Of a stretch of 64,000 nucleotides of DNA, positions 62,722-64,000 are shown piece by piece (position 1 is the first letter of the stretch; each line of letters begins with the position of its first letter). The translations under genes were made by a program, and so were the position numbers. The stretch lies in assembly GCA_002269645.1 (NCBI GenBank), contig NIVC01001485.1:124001-188000 (forward strand). The letters are read 5' to 3'. This stretch comes from Macrostomum lignano. Its lineage: Eukaryota. The notes below the pieces were generated by a model, which had not been told where the DNA came from, did not search any database, and saw only the letters and a program-made list of their open reading frames with translations.

Positions 62722-63229
62722 AACATTTTGCGTAAACTGCGTTGCAAAAAGAATTTTTTTGTAGTGTGTGGTACGCAGGATGAATGAGAAACTTGTATCG
62801 CGTGAAATCGGACCCATTATTACTTGGTATTCCTATAAACCAGTGCAGTTAAACCTGATTAAAATGGCAGAACATGAAGAGTTTCTATCTACGCCCGAAG
62901 TTAATTTTGCGAGCTTTTTCTTTGTGGCTTTTGCTTTAAAAAATTTCCAATGTTCCCTGCAATTTTTATCTACTAATTAAATGCGTAATCATATTTCTAA
63001 CAGGTAATATTTTTATGTCCCGGAACTTTCCACCAACCACTTTATTAAACCGAAGTTGTTTCAACTAATCGAAAGCAATAAATACTATTTTGTTGGAGCT
63101 CTGTAAGAGCGGGTCTAAATTGCAACTTAAATACCGTTTTTGCAATAGTTTTGCTGCTTCTTTATAGTACAAAGGGGTGTTAAATGTAAAAGTTTCTGGA
63201 CTGTGTTTACTCTTAGTCAGTTTACTCTC

Positions 63230-63372
63230 AGTGGGTGTAGCCTAGTGGGTTTGAGCGTCGGACTCGCGACACTGGAAGGTCGGGGGTTCGATTCTCGACC
63301 CAGTCGAAACAATTTGTGTCCTTGAGCAAGACACTTAACTCTGCATTGCTTCAGTTCACTCACTCAGCTAGT
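63230..63372 (+). mobile_element. tRNA-derived SINE 5' part with CORE-like central block
   Basis: A box tagcctagtgg and B box ggttcgattct, then tgtgtccttgagcaagacacttaactctgcattgcttcagttcac. Confidence 0.75.
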
Positions 63373-63374
63373 TG

Positions 63375-63750
63375 GGGGTGTGGCGCAAGGCAAAGTGCCT
63401 CCAACGGAAAGCTCGCAAGAGCAAGGACCCAGCTGACCTGGTCGCCTATCAAGACGCGATTCGCGACTTTAAGCGTGAAACCAGGAAAGCCAAGTCCGAC
63501 AAGTGGCGCCAATACTGCGCGGAGTTAGAAGGCACCCGCCCTACTTCACGCGTGGTTAAGGCTCTCACCCTCGACAAAATGTCAAAGCTCTCAGTCATTA
63601 AAAGACCGGATGGCCGGCTCGCTGAGAACCCCGGGGAATCGCTGGACATCATGCTCACCAGCTCTTTCCCACGTACCGCACCGCAGCTAGGCCCACCGGA
63701 CCACTCTCCGGGTGGACAGATCCTGGCTTCGACCATCATTACTAGAGAGA
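63375..63750 (+). mobile_element. Non-LTR retrotransposon ORF2 fragment (endonuclease-RT linker, R1/LOA-like)
   Basis: YQDAIRDFKRETRKAKSDKWRQYCAELEG...IKRPDGRLAENPGESLDIMLTSSFP is typical of the region just upstream of RT in I-group LINEs. No RT motifs follow within the window. Confidence 0.65.
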
Positions 63751-64000
63751 GGACGGCTCGTGCCGCAAAACCCGGACCTCTCCGACGTTTTCAGGCCCGA
63801 GAATCTCTGCCAGCTCGTCCGCTACTCTAAGGGCTATACCGGGCGAGCGACAGTCCACCTCCTGGACCCTCCGGAGGGGGACCGCGCTGCGGACACCGGC
63901 ACCACCGGAACTCCCTGCGCGACACCGCAGCACTATAGCTGCCCGTGGTCGCCAGGGGTTAGCGAAATGGGCGGCAACGCCTCCTTGCTGTTTCCGGACG

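Overview
Eukaryotic (metazoan) genomic DNA with spliceosomal introns. The composition, tandem-repeat-filled introns and Ser/Ala/Gln-rich proteins resemble the flatworm Macrostomum; this is an inference, not verified. The left half holds a 12-coding-exon CHD6-9/kismet-type chromatin remodeler on the minus strand (2249-28721, about 2545 aa; all splice phases close). An AT-rich transposon graveyard follows (about 28.8-41.9 kb), containing a Tc1-derived element, a full-length but stop-disrupted hAT transposon and several MITE/foldback elements. On the plus strand lie a tight co-oriented cluster SAC1 - KPTN - SDHAF2-like - NAXE, an intronless secreted PAN/apple + C-type lectin gene, tRNA-derived SINE pieces and a non-LTR retrotransposon fragment. 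The most notable observations are: (1) an SDHAF2 with two tandem Sdh5 domains, the first degenerate and carrying Arg where human Gly78 sits; (2) most introns of the three multi-intron genes filled by their own 21-75 bp minisatellite, several containing splice-site-like motifs or a shared core; (3) an operon-like cluster with acceptor-like AGs shortly upstream of the start codons; (4) CpG-decay signatures in the transposons. All coordinates were read by eye; repeat boundaries are approximate.
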